From Pseudomonadota bacterium (lineage in GTDB: Bacteria > Pseudomonadota > Gammaproteobacteria > Steroidobacterales > MnTg04), in contig JADFSO010000013.1 in NCBI GenBank assembly GCA_022560735.1, positions 4,851-68,850 on the forward strand: a DNA stretch of 64,000 nucleotides, read 5' to 3'. This document shows positions 32,343 through 40,636 of this stretch, one piece after another. The notes below the pieces were generated by a model, which had not been told where the DNA came from, made no database searches, and was given only the letters and a program-made list of their open reading frames with translations. Positions within the stretch are counted from its first letter, which is position 1; every line of letters begins with the position of its first letter. The position numbers and the translations under genes are program-made.

Positions 32343-34526
32343 ATGAACACGCTGTTTGCAGAATTGAAGCGACGCAATGTCCTCAAGGTCTCGACCGTTT
32401 ATGTGATCGCGGCCTGGATCATGCTACAGATGGCCGATATGGTGCGCGAACCGCTGGGTATGCCGGACTGGGTTTTCCAGGCAATCCTGGTCGTTTTGGG
32501 CAGCGGGTTTTTGCTGACCGTCACGCTGGCCTGGATATTCGATTTCACGCCGGATGGCATCAGGAAAACACCGGCCGCAGGCGATGATGCCACTCATCGG
32601 TTTCCCAAAGGGCGCAAAACAGACTTTGTCATTATCGCCTTGCTGCTCATTGCGCTGATCGCATTTGCCATGGAGCGGCAGAAAGCGCCGACCGTGGCGG
32701 CTGAGTCCGATACCGTGAAAAGTATCGCGGTTCTGCCCTTCGTCAGCATGAGTTCGGATATCGAGAACGAATATTTTGCCGATGGCCTGGCCGAAGAACT
32801 GCTCAACATGCTGGCCAAGATCAAGGATCTGAAAGTCGCCGGCCGGACTTCGTCTTTTTATTACAAGGGGCGGGATATCGACCTGCGGGAGATCGGCAGA
32901 CAGCTCAATGTCAATCATGTGCTCGAAGGCAGCGTCAGAAAATCAGGCAATCAAGTGCGCATCACCGCCCAGTTGATCAGCGTCGCAGATGGTTTCCATC
33001 TTTGGTCGGAGACTTACGACCGGCAACTCGACGATATTTTCAAGATCCAGGAAGAAATCGCGCGCGCGGTTACCACCGCGCTGAAAGTCACCTTGCTCGG
33101 CGAGGAAGCCCAGGCGCTGGATGTGCAACCGGCACTCAACCCGGAAGCACACAGCATGTACCTGATCGCCCGCAGCCGCCAGCGCGAGCGCGGGCTGGAA
33201 AACCTGACCCAGGCGATGCATTTGTTCGAGAACATCATCGAGGGATTCCCCGATTTTGCGCCCGCCTATTCGGGTCTGTCCGATTCGATCCTGCTGTTGT
33301 CGAACAATCATCTCCAAATGACCTTTGTGGAAGCCCGGGAAAAAGCCACGCCGCTGATCGAAAAAGCGCTGCAACTCGCGCCCCTGTCCTCGGATGCCTG
33401 GACATCCAAAGGCTTCCTGAATGCGCAGATATTCCAAAATACCGCGGAAAACGAGTACCTGGCTGCAGCGGAGACCGCGTATCTCAAAGCACACGAACTG
33501 GATCCGAACAATGCCCAGGCCCTGTACTGGTATGGCATCCTGATGGACGCAACCGGCGACTACAAGGCCGCGATCGAGCTGTTTAATCAATCGCTGGAAC
33601 TGGATCCGCTGGCACGCATTCCACGCTATCGCCTGGCGTTGGATTATCAGCAGGCGGGTAATTTCGACAAGGCCCGGGCAGCGCTGGAAGAATCCCTCCG
33701 CCTTTACCCTGATTTTGGGACTGCGAAAGCGGCGATCGGCATCCTTGAACTCACGCTTGGAAATTTTGCGGCCGCCGAGACTATCCTGCTCGGGATCGCC
33801 AATTCCCCGGCGGGGGGTAATGACGCCAATATTTATTTCACTCTCTACGGCGTCTATATGAACGTCGGCGAAATCCAGATGGCGCTGGATGCGCTTGCAA
33901 AGGCGCCGTCGAATCCGATCAAGGACGGGATCGATGAAATTCTGGCCGCGCAGCAATCAAATGATATTAATGTCATCGTCGCAACAATGGACAAGCTTGC
34001 TGCCGAGGAGAATTCACCACCGCAGTGGAAGATATTGGCGGCGCAGGCCAATTATCTGGCCGGCGATTTCACCAGCAGCCGGCAACGAATGGAATCGCTG
34101 TATCCGGTTCTGTTTCTCGAGGACCCTGAGGTCAACCTGCGGACAAGTCTGGCGGCCACCCTGGCGGCCGCGGCAATGATCAAGCTGGGCGAAACGGAGC
34201 AGGCCGACCGCCTGCTGCAAAAGACCCTGGCGATATATCAATCGAGCTGGCCGGATTACCAGCCGATCGGCGTGCACTATCGCCTGGCCGAACTGATGGC
34301 GATCAAGGGCGACAACGATGAGGCGATGCGGCACCTGGATGCGGCTTACGCAAAGGGCTTTCGCATAGTCTGGACGGATTTCGTTTATCCGATGGCACGA
34401 AATCCATATTTCGGTACACTGCTGACCGATCGGCGCTTCGTCGAGCTGGTCGAAAAAATCCGGGCGCACAACGAAAAGGCCCGGCAAAGCATCGTCGCCG
34501 CGCATGAACAACGAGAGCAGGCATAA
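32343..34526 (+). CDS. membrane-anchored TPR protein with TolB-N-like periplasmic domain (paralogue 1)
   Basis: Track ORF trimmed to ATG 32343 (the upstream part covers the tRNA). Reads MNTLFAELKRRNVLKVSTVYVIAAWIMLQMAD, then SIAVLPFVSMSSDIENEYFADGLAEELLNMLAKIKDLKV...VLEGSVRKSGNQVRITAQLI, then multiple TPR repeats. Confidence 0.8.
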   Translation: MNTLFAELKRRNVLKVSTVYVIAAWIMLQMADMVREPLGMPDWVFQAILVVLGSGFLLTVTLAWIFDFTPDGIRKTPAAGDDATHRFPKGRKTDFVIIALLLIALIAFAMERQKAPTVAAESDTVKSIAVLPFVSMSSDIENEYFADGLAEELLNMLAKIKDLKVAGRTSSFYYKGRDIDLREIGRQLNVNHVLEGSVRKSGNQVRITAQLISVADGFHLWSETYDRQLDDIFKIQEEIARAVTTALKVTLLGEEAQALDVQPALNPEAHSMYLIARSRQRERGLENLTQAMHLFENIIEGFPDFAPAYSGLSDSILLLSNNHLQMTFVEAREKATPLIEKALQLAPLSSDAWTSKGFLNAQIFQNTAENEYLAAAETAYLKAHELDPNNAQALYWYGILMDATGDYKAAIELFNQSLELDPLARIPRYRLALDYQQAGNFDKARAALEESLRLYPDFGTAKAAIGILELTLGNFAAAETILLGIANSPAGGNDANIYFTLYGVYMNVGEIQMALDALAKAPSNPIKDGIDEILAAQQSNDINVIVATMDKLAAEENSPPQWKILAAQANYLAGDFTSSRQRMESLYPVLFLEDPEVNLRTSLAATLAAAAMIKLGETEQADRLLQKTLAIYQSSWPDYQPIGVHYRLAELMAIKGDNDEAMRHLDAAYAKGFRIVWTDFVYPMARNPYFGTLLTDRRFVELVEKIRAHNEKARQSIVAAHEQREQA

Positions 34527-34532
34527 CAGGCC

Positions 34533-36722
34533 ATGAGCGGGTTGTTTACGGAACTGAAGCGACGCAACGTTTTTCGCGTCGCGATCGTCTACCTGATCGC
34601 CGGCTGGATCATCCTGCAGGTCGCGGACATCATGATGGATGCCTTGAACCTGCCCGACTGGACCTTGCGGCTGATCGTCACGTTGCTGATCCTCGGTTTT
34701 CCGGTCGCGGTCATCCTCGCCTGGGCGCTGGAAATAACCCCCGAGGGCATCAAGCGGGAAAAACACATAGACCGCGGTCAGTCGATTACCGGCGAGACCG
34801 GCAGGAAAATCAACCAGGTCACCGTTATCCTGCTCGCAGTGGCCGTGGGCTTCCTGCTGATCGAGCGTTTCACGCTGCAGCGGCCATCGTCCGAACCTGT
34901 GGCCGAATCGCAGGCAGCATCGGCGGTCGAATCACTGCCGGAAAACCCCACGGTGAGCGCGCCGGACCGGTCGATCGCCGTGATCCCGTTTGCCTCGAGG
35001 GGAGGCGACGATGCGGATGACAGTTTCGCCGAAGGCATCCATGACGACCTGCTGACCCAACTCGGCAAGATCAGCGCGTTGAAAGTGATCTCGCGCACCT
35101 CGGTCATGCAATACAAGGACACGAAAAAATCGATCCCGCAGATCGCCCGCGAGCTCGGTGTTGCGACCGTGCTCGAAGGCGGTGTGCAAAGGGCCGGCGA
35201 CCGGATCAGGATCAACATGCAACTGATCGACGCGGTGACCGACCAGCACCTGTGGGCGGAAACCTACGACCGCGACCTCAGCGTCACCAGCATTTTCGAC
35301 ATCCAGAGCGATATTGCCCACGCGGTGAGCCGCGCGTTGCAAGCCAACCTGACCTCGGATGAGGAAAACCGCCTGGCCAGCCTGCCGACCAGCAGCCTGG
35401 CCGCCTATGACGCCTTTTCGCGCGGCAAGTTACTACTGCCAAACAGAACCACGGCGGCGCTAAAACAGGCCGAGGGTTCTTTCCGCGAGGCGATTGCGCT
35501 GGATCCCGAATACGCCGAGGCCTACGTCGGCCTGGCCGATACGCTGAGGTTGCAGGTGGATTATTCCGGTCTCAGGATCGACGATTACCTGGCCGAGGTG
35601 GAAAGCATCGTCGAAAAGGCGCTCGATCTCGACCCACTGCTCGGTGAAGCGCATATCGCGCAGGCGACCTGGCTGGGTTACAACGACTCCGCGGCAGCAC
35701 GAGAAAGCTATGCCAGGGGGGTGAGCCTCAGCCCGGGTTATGCCCAGGGCCACCAATGGTACGGCAACACGCTTTCGAACGCCGGGCAGATCGATGAGGG
35801 CATCGCGGAACTGCGTATCGCCCATGAACTGGACCCAGGATCGGGCATCATTACCAGCAACCTCGCAGAATTCCTGCACCAGGGCGGGCAGGCGGAAGAA
35901 GGCTGGGCTTTATGCAGCGAGTTGGTCGCTCAGCGGCCTGCCTACTCACGGGGCCACATGTGCCTGTGGACGCTGGCCTGGTCCGAGGGGCAGATCGCCG
36001 ATGCCATCGGGCACAACCGCCGGGCAATGGAACTGGCTCCGGGCAATGTCGTGTTGTATTTGTTTCATGGAGCCATGCTGAACGAACTGGGTTTGCATGA
36101 AGAAATCGCGGCCTGGTTTGCCACGCAGCCTGCCACGATAAAAGGAAATGCGGACGTTCGCGCGGGCGTGGGAATCGCCTTCTACTACCAGGGGCAGCAT
36201 GAAAAGGCGCTGACTGCAGCCAGGGAGGCCCTGGAAATCGACCCGCGCTCATTGGGGGCCATGTCATTGCTGGCCGCCCTCGATCTGGGCGATCAGCGAA
36301 ACCTGGGTGCGCTCGAAACCCTGTCATCGGTATTGGTCAACCTGACCGGACCCGCTCCGGAAGTCGACGCCCTGATCGCCAAGCCAGCCATGCTGCTTGC
36401 CGCATTGATGGCGCAAGCCGGGCAGACAGAACAGGCGCAAAAAATTGCCACCGCAGCCGAGACAACATTGCGTCATATGCAGGGTTTTATCCCCTTTTGT
36501 CATGCCCAGGCACTGATATTGCTTGGCCGCGAATCCGAGGCAGTGGATGCCTTGCGGCGTGCGATCGGCAACAAATCGCTGGGCGCCGCACGCTGGAATG
36601 CGTTGGCCAGCCCGATCTTCGAAACCATACGCGGTAATCCGGAATACCGGGATATTTTTGCCGCGATCGAAAGCCACCTTGCGCAACAACGCGACCTCTA
36701 TCTCGCCAGCCGCAGCCAGTAG
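34533..36722 (+). CDS. membrane-anchored TPR protein with TolB-N-like periplasmic domain (paralogue 2)
   Basis: 729 aa with the same architecture: MSGLFTELKRRNVFRVAIVYLIAGWIILQVAD, then SIAVIPFASRGGDDADDSFAEGIHDDLLTQLGKISALKV...VLEGGVQRAGDRIRINMQLI, then TPR repeats. Starts 6 nt after paralogue 1. Confidence 0.8.
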   Translation: MSGLFTELKRRNVFRVAIVYLIAGWIILQVADIMMDALNLPDWTLRLIVTLLILGFPVAVILAWALEITPEGIKREKHIDRGQSITGETGRKINQVTVILLAVAVGFLLIERFTLQRPSSEPVAESQAASAVESLPENPTVSAPDRSIAVIPFASRGGDDADDSFAEGIHDDLLTQLGKISALKVISRTSVMQYKDTKKSIPQIARELGVATVLEGGVQRAGDRIRINMQLIDAVTDQHLWAETYDRDLSVTSIFDIQSDIAHAVSRALQANLTSDEENRLASLPTSSLAAYDAFSRGKLLLPNRTTAALKQAEGSFREAIALDPEYAEAYVGLADTLRLQVDYSGLRIDDYLAEVESIVEKALDLDPLLGEAHIAQATWLGYNDSAAARESYARGVSLSPGYAQGHQWYGNTLSNAGQIDEGIAELRIAHELDPGSGIITSNLAEFLHQGGQAEEGWALCSELVAQRPAYSRGHMCLWTLAWSEGQIADAIGHNRRAMELAPGNVVLYLFHGAMLNELGLHEEIAAWFATQPATIKGNADVRAGVGIAFYYQGQHEKALTAAREALEIDPRSLGAMSLLAALDLGDQRNLGALETLSSVLVNLTGPAPEVDALIAKPAMLLAALMAQAGQTEQAQKIATAAETTLRHMQGFIPFCHAQALILLGRESEAVDALRRAIGNKSLGAARWNALASPIFETIRGNPEYRDIFAAIESHLAQQRDLYLASRSQ

Positions 36723-36737
36723 GGTTTGTCAGCAAAC

Positions 36738-37295
36738 ATGAAATTCTGCAGCCACTGTGGCCACACTGTGGTGCAAAAAATCCCGCAGGGCGATTCCGTG
36801 CCGCGCGATGTCTGCGAAAGTTGCGGCGCCATTCATTACCAGAACCCGAAGATGGTCGTGGGTTGCGTCCCCGAACACGAAGACGGTCGCATCCTGTTGT
36901 GCAAACGGGCGATCGAGCCGCGCCGGGGTTTCTGGACCGTGCCCGCCGGCTTCATGGAAAACGACGAAACCCTGCAGGCGGCGGCGGCCCGGGAAACCCG
37001 CGAAGAAGCGCTCACGGCCGTCGATATCCTCGATTTGTTTGCCGTGGTCAATGTCACCGGCGCGCGCCAGGTCCATTTGTTTTTCCGTGCCCGCCTGCTT
37101 GGCGACGAGTTTGGCGCCGGCGACGAGTCGCTCGAGGTCGCCCTGTACCGCGAGCAGGATATCCCGTGGGACGAGATCGCCTTTGCCAGCGTCGAATTTG
37201 CGTTGCGCCGGTTTCTCGACGATCGCAAAAACTCACGCACCGGCATGCACCTGAGCGAAGTCGGGCGCAGGAACGCGGCACTTGTGGCAGAATAA
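36738..37295 (+). CDS. NUDIX hydrolase with N-terminal zinc ribbon
   Basis: ATG 36738 (MKFCSHCGH...CESCG; the track uses TTG 36726). Nudix box GFMENDETLQAAAARETREEAL fits Gx5Ex7REUxEE. Confidence 0.88.
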   Translation: MKFCSHCGHTVVQKIPQGDSVPRDVCESCGAIHYQNPKMVVGCVPEHEDGRILLCKRAIEPRRGFWTVPAGFMENDETLQAAAARETREEALTAVDILDLFAVVNVTGARQVHLFFRARLLGDEFGAGDESLEVALYREQDIPWDEIAFASVEFALRRFLDDRKNSRTGMHLSEVGRRNAALVAE

Positions 37296-37331
37296 CGCCG
37301 GTCGCGCTTCACTTTTCCTGCGGAGTCAACA

Positions 37332-37655
37332 ATGACCTTTGTGGTAGTCGAAAGCTGCATCAAGTGCAAATACATGGACTGCGTCGAAGTCTGTCCGGTG
37401 GATTGTTTTCACGTGGGCCCCAACATGCTGGTCATCGACCCGGAGGAATGTATCGACTGCACCTTGTGCGAGCCCGAGTGCCCGATCGAGGCGATTTATT
37501 CGGAAGAAGAACTGCCCGAGGGGCAGGAAAAAATGCTCGCCCTGAACGCCGAACTGTCTGAAAAATGGCCGGTCATCACCGAGATGGGTGAACCGCCCGA
37601 AGATGCGGCCGATTGGGAGGGCAAGCCCGACAAACTGCAGTACCTGAAACGCTGA
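37332..37655 (+). CDS. fdxA: 7Fe ferredoxin (3Fe-4S plus 4Fe-4S), FdxA type
   Basis: 107 aa. [18 protein letters not shown] and [12 protein letters not shown] cysteine clusters. Confidence 0.95.
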   Translation: MTFVVVESCIKCKYMDCVEVCPVDCFHVGPNMLVIDPEECIDCTLCEPECPIEAIYSEEELPEGQEKMLALNAELSEKWPVITEMGEPPEDAADWEGKPDKLQYLKR

Positions 37656-37663
37656 GCGCTTGT

Positions 37664-38416
37664 TTATTTGGAAAGGTGTCCCGCCACCAGCTGGTTGAGA
37701 CGCTCCAGCAAAGCGTGGGGGGGCATATAACCGGCGATCAGATCACCATCGGCGGTAACGATGGCCGGGGTCCCGCGAAAACCGATACCTTGTCCGAGCT
37801 TGTATATTTCCTGCACCGGTGTAGCACACACGCTCGGCTCGATAACCTGATCCAGTTTGGCCAGGGTCAGCGCTTTCTGCCGGTCGTCGGCACACCAGAC
37901 ATGGTTGGCGATATTCCACGACTTCGAACCCGGTCCATAGCGTGGATACAACAGGTAACGCACCTTTATACCCAGTTCATTGATGGTGGCAATTTCCGCG
38001 TGCAGTTTGCGGCAGTAGGCGCAGTCGGTGTCGGTAAACACCGTGATCGTGTGCAGCGGATGCTCGCTGCCAAAAACGATCATTTTTTCTTCGCCGAACG
38101 CGTCGATCGCGATCTTCCTGGCCAGCACGCGCCGCTTTTCAGTCAGATTTTCCTGGCTCTCGAGATCGACGATATCGCCTTCCAGGAGAAACCGGCCATC
38201 CGCACTCAAATAGATTACCTGGGTACCGATGATTACCTCAAACAACCCGGGTATGGCGGCATCGCGTATGTTGTCGATTTCGAGATCCCAGCGCTCGGCG
38301 ATTGCCTCGCGTTGCTGCCGGCTTTGCCCCTTGCTCTCGTTTTCGGCGGCCGCCAGCGATCCGCCGGCCAACAGGCCGGTCAGGCCAAGGGCAATCAGAA
38401 GTCTGGCAATGTTCAA
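37664..38416 (-). CDS. dsbC: thiol:disulfide interchange protein DsbC
   Basis: Active site DCAYC in FTDTDCAYCRKLH. Start proposed at TTG 38416 (GGAG 6 nt upstream; gives the signal peptide MNIARLLIALGLTGLLAGGSLAAA). The track start 38479 is less likely. Downstream of xerD as in E. coli. Confidence 0.85.
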   Translation of the reverse strand: MNIARLLIALGLTGLLAGGSLAAAENESKGQSRQQREAIAERWDLEIDNIRDAAIPGLFEVIIGTQVIYLSADGRFLLEGDIVDLESQENLTEKRRVLARKIAIDAFGEEKMIVFGSEHPLHTITVFTDTDCAYCRKLHAEIATINELGIKVRYLLYPRYGPGSKSWNIANHVWCADDRQKALTLAKLDQVIEPSVCATPVQEIYKLGQGIGFRGTPAIVTADGDLIAGYMPPHALLERLNQLVAGHLSK

Positions 38417-38529
38417 TATTTTCTCCACCTGTGCCGGGCAATCTTTATGACTGCGATGCAAGCTCCAGGTTCCGCACAAACAGACCCCCGGCGAGCGCGC
38501 GAATATTAGCAGAAGAATCGCGGATTGAC

Positions 38530-39474
38530 CTACCCGCGAGGATGATGGCGGCCGTGCAGTTCCTTGATCCGCTCGCGAGCGACATGCGTATAAATCTGTG
38601 TGGTCGACAGGTCGCTGTGCCCGAGCAGCATCTGCACGACCCGCAGATCGGCGCCATGATTCAGCAAATGCGTGGCGAAGGCATGGCGCAAGGTATGCGG
38701 CGACAGCTTGCGGCCAAAACCGGATATTTTCGCGTAGCGGCGGATGATGTGCCAGAAAGCCTGGCGCGTCATGCAGGAGCCTCTGCGGGTGGGAAAAACC
38801 GCATCGGTCTGGCGCTCCAGCAGGATTTCCATCCGCGGACCGCCGATAAAATCCTGCAGCCAGTGCTGCGACTCTTCGCCCAGCGGTATCAGTCGTTCCT
38901 TGTCGCCCTTGCCGACGACCCGAACGACGCCCTGGTTGAGATTGACCTGGGCGATGCGCAGGCTGATCAGTTCCGAGACGCGCAGGCCGGTCGCGTACAA
39001 CACTTCGAGCATCGTGCGGTCGCGATGACCCAGCGGATCGGTGACATCCGGCGCCTCCAGCAGCGCTTCGACCTCTTCCTCGGTCATGGACTGGGGCAAG
39101 GCACGGCCAACCTTCGGCATCGCAATCCTCGCGGTCGGATCGTCATCGACTTCACCTTCGCGAACCAGGTAACGGTAGAAACGGCGGAAACTGGACAATT
39201 GCCTGGCCGTCGATCTCGGCCTGGCGCCGCTTTCCGCGCGCCAGGCCAAAAAGGCCAGCAGGTCGCTGCGCGTGGCTGCGGACAGCTTGACGTCCTGTTC
39301 TTCCAGCCAGCGACTCAAACAGAGGATATCGGCCCGGTATGCCGCCAGCGTATTGGGGGACAACCCGCGCTCCATCCATATGGCATCGAGAAATCTGTCT
39401 ATGGTCTTCTCCGGCGCTTCCAGCCCGGCGTAGATTTCGTGCTTGTTTTCAGCCTTTAGCGACAAAGTCGACAT
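38530..39474 (-). CDS. xerD: site-specific tyrosine recombinase XerD
   Basis: 314 aa. C-terminus LRHAFATHLLNHGADLRVVQMLLGHSDLSTTQIYTHVARERIKELHGRHHPRG is nearly identical to E. coli XerD. xerD-dsbC synteny. Confidence 0.95.
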   Translation of the reverse strand: MSTLSLKAENKHEIYAGLEAPEKTIDRFLDAIWMERGLSPNTLAAYRADILCLSRWLEEQDVKLSAATRSDLLAFLAWRAESGARPRSTARQLSSFRRFYRYLVREGEVDDDPTARIAMPKVGRALPQSMTEEEVEALLEAPDVTDPLGHRDRTMLEVLYATGLRVSELISLRIAQVNLNQGVVRVVGKGDKERLIPLGEESQHWLQDFIGGPRMEILLERQTDAVFPTRRGSCMTRQAFWHIIRRYAKISGFGRKLSPHTLRHAFATHLLNHGADLRVVQMLLGHSDLSTTQIYTHVARERIKELHGRHHPRG

Positions 39475-39709
39475 TACTCACTTGCTCCCTGCCTCGCAAC
39501 TGCGCTCCATGCGCAAGCCGGCGCGCCAGCATTGACGTCCGGCCGGGTACCCGGTTTTTTTGCCCGGGTTCAAGGTGCGAAACGGGCTGCGTCCTTGCTG
39601 CCCGTCCGCGAGAGCCAGTATGGGGTTGCAGGCTCTGCGGGGGCCGTGACAGGGGTCACAAATCGGCCAATCGATTAACATAAAGTGATGCAGTTCACAG
39701 TTTCTCGGA

Positions 39710-39890
39710 GCGAGTTGGCCCGGCTTGGTCATGAATCGTCGCGATGATTGCGCAGAGCATTGTTTGCACACGGGATTTTCTGACCGAGCGGAATATCCGC
39801 GGGTATTTCCGAGGGAAGAAAATCCCGTGTGCGAACAGGGATCAAACAAGGGCGCGAGCGCATTCATGAATAATCCGGGCTAAACTGCGC
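39710..39890 (+). other. roughly 180-nt extended imperfect hairpin (candidate structured RNA or 5' leader, or a palindromic repeat element)
   Basis: Hand-paired helices. H1: 39710-39716 with 39882-39890 (7 bp, 2 bulges). H2: 39717-39723 with 39875-39881 (7 bp). H3: 39729-39736 with 39862-39869 (8 bp perfect, TCATGAAT/ATTCATGA). H4: 39737-39743 with 39853-39860 (7 bp, 1 bulge). H5: 39760-39780 with 39818-39838 (21 bp, including a perfect 15-bp core GCACACGGGATTTTC/GAAAATCCCGTGTGC). A 16x14-nt internal loop separates H4 and H5, and the apical loop is 37 nt. All four non-Watson-Crick pairs inside the helices are G-T on the plus strand. The element ends 4 nt before ATG 39895. Confidence 0.6.
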
Positions 39891-39894
39891 CACG

Positions 39895-40629
39895 ATGAAA
39901 AAGCTGATCCGACAATTGTTCCAGGCTGTCTTCGGGCTGTATATGTTGCTCGTGTTTATCACCCTGTTGATAACGCTTTTTCCTTTTCTGCTGATTCTGC
40001 CCAGGATGGCCTGGCGCAGGAGCATGGCGCGCGCGCTCAGCAGCCTGGTATTTTTTCTTTGCGGCATGAAACTGGCCGTTCGCGGCCTGGATAACCTGCC
40101 CGACACGGCTTGCGTGATCGTTGCCAACCATGCGAGCTATCTTGACGGCGTTATTCTGACCGCCGCACTGCCACCCGATTTTTCGTTCGTGATCAAACGT
40201 GAAGTCACGCAGGTGCCCTTTGTCCATTACCTGCTCAGGAGTATCGGTTCGGAATTCGTCGAACGCCAAACCGGCGGGGGCAAAACGAGGGACAGCCGCA
40301 GGCTGTTGAAAAAAGCCACCTCCGGGTCGCCGATGGTTTTTTTCCCCGAGGGCACCTTCCGCCTGGAGCCGGGGCTGCTGCCCTTTCACAACGGTGCGTT
40401 CGTGGCGGCGGTGAGAGGTGGACTGCCGCTCGTCCCGGTGATCATCCGCGGCGCGCGCCGGGTTCTGCCGGCCAAAGCTTTCTGGCCACGCTGGGGAAGA
40501 ATTGAAGTCGAGGTATTGGCGGCTCTCGACCCACCCAACAGCGGCGGCGGCGGCCAGCATCGACTGAAGGAAGCGGCCCGGCTGGCCATGCAGGCAAAGC
40601 TGGCTGAACCGCTGGTGGAAAAGCGCTAG
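39895..40629 (+). CDS. lysophospholipid (1-acyl-sn-glycerol-3-phosphate) acyltransferase family protein
   Basis: 244 aa with N-terminal TM, HX4D motif (ANHASYLD) and FPEGT motif. PlsC family; the exact substrate cannot be told. Confidence 0.85.
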   Translation: MKKLIRQLFQAVFGLYMLLVFITLLITLFPFLLILPRMAWRRSMARALSSLVFFLCGMKLAVRGLDNLPDTACVIVANHASYLDGVILTAALPPDFSFVIKREVTQVPFVHYLLRSIGSEFVERQTGGGKTRDSRRLLKKATSGSPMVFFPEGTFRLEPGLLPFHNGAFVAAVRGGLPLVPVIIRGARRVLPAKAFWPRWGRIEVEVLAALDPPNSGGGGQHRLKEAARLAMQAKLAEPLVEKR

Positions 40630-40636
40630 AAAAACG

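Noticed and set aside
38530-39474. Tyrosine recombinase as a possible integron integrase or mobile-element integrase, with the downstream hairpin as attC or attI
   Set aside because: The C-terminus is almost identical to chromosomal XerD and the gene sits in the conserved xerD-dsbC context. No cassette array and no other mobile-element genes are present, and an attC would follow a cassette rather than precede one.
39563-39574. CCCGGGTTCAAGG resembles the GGGUUCAAGG segment of E. coli 6S RNA
   Set aside because: It is only a roughly 10-nt match. The complementary CCUUGAACC partner and the rest of the 6S sequence are absent, and the implied 5' end would lie inside xerD.
39478-39867. 129-aa minus-strand ORF filling the xerD-acyltransferase gap
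   Set aside because: Its upstream half is just the reverse complement of the long hairpin. The composition is Arg/Cys/Pro/Gly-rich with rare codons, and I recognise no family. Only the shorter 84-codon version is kept, as a low-priority question in the findings.
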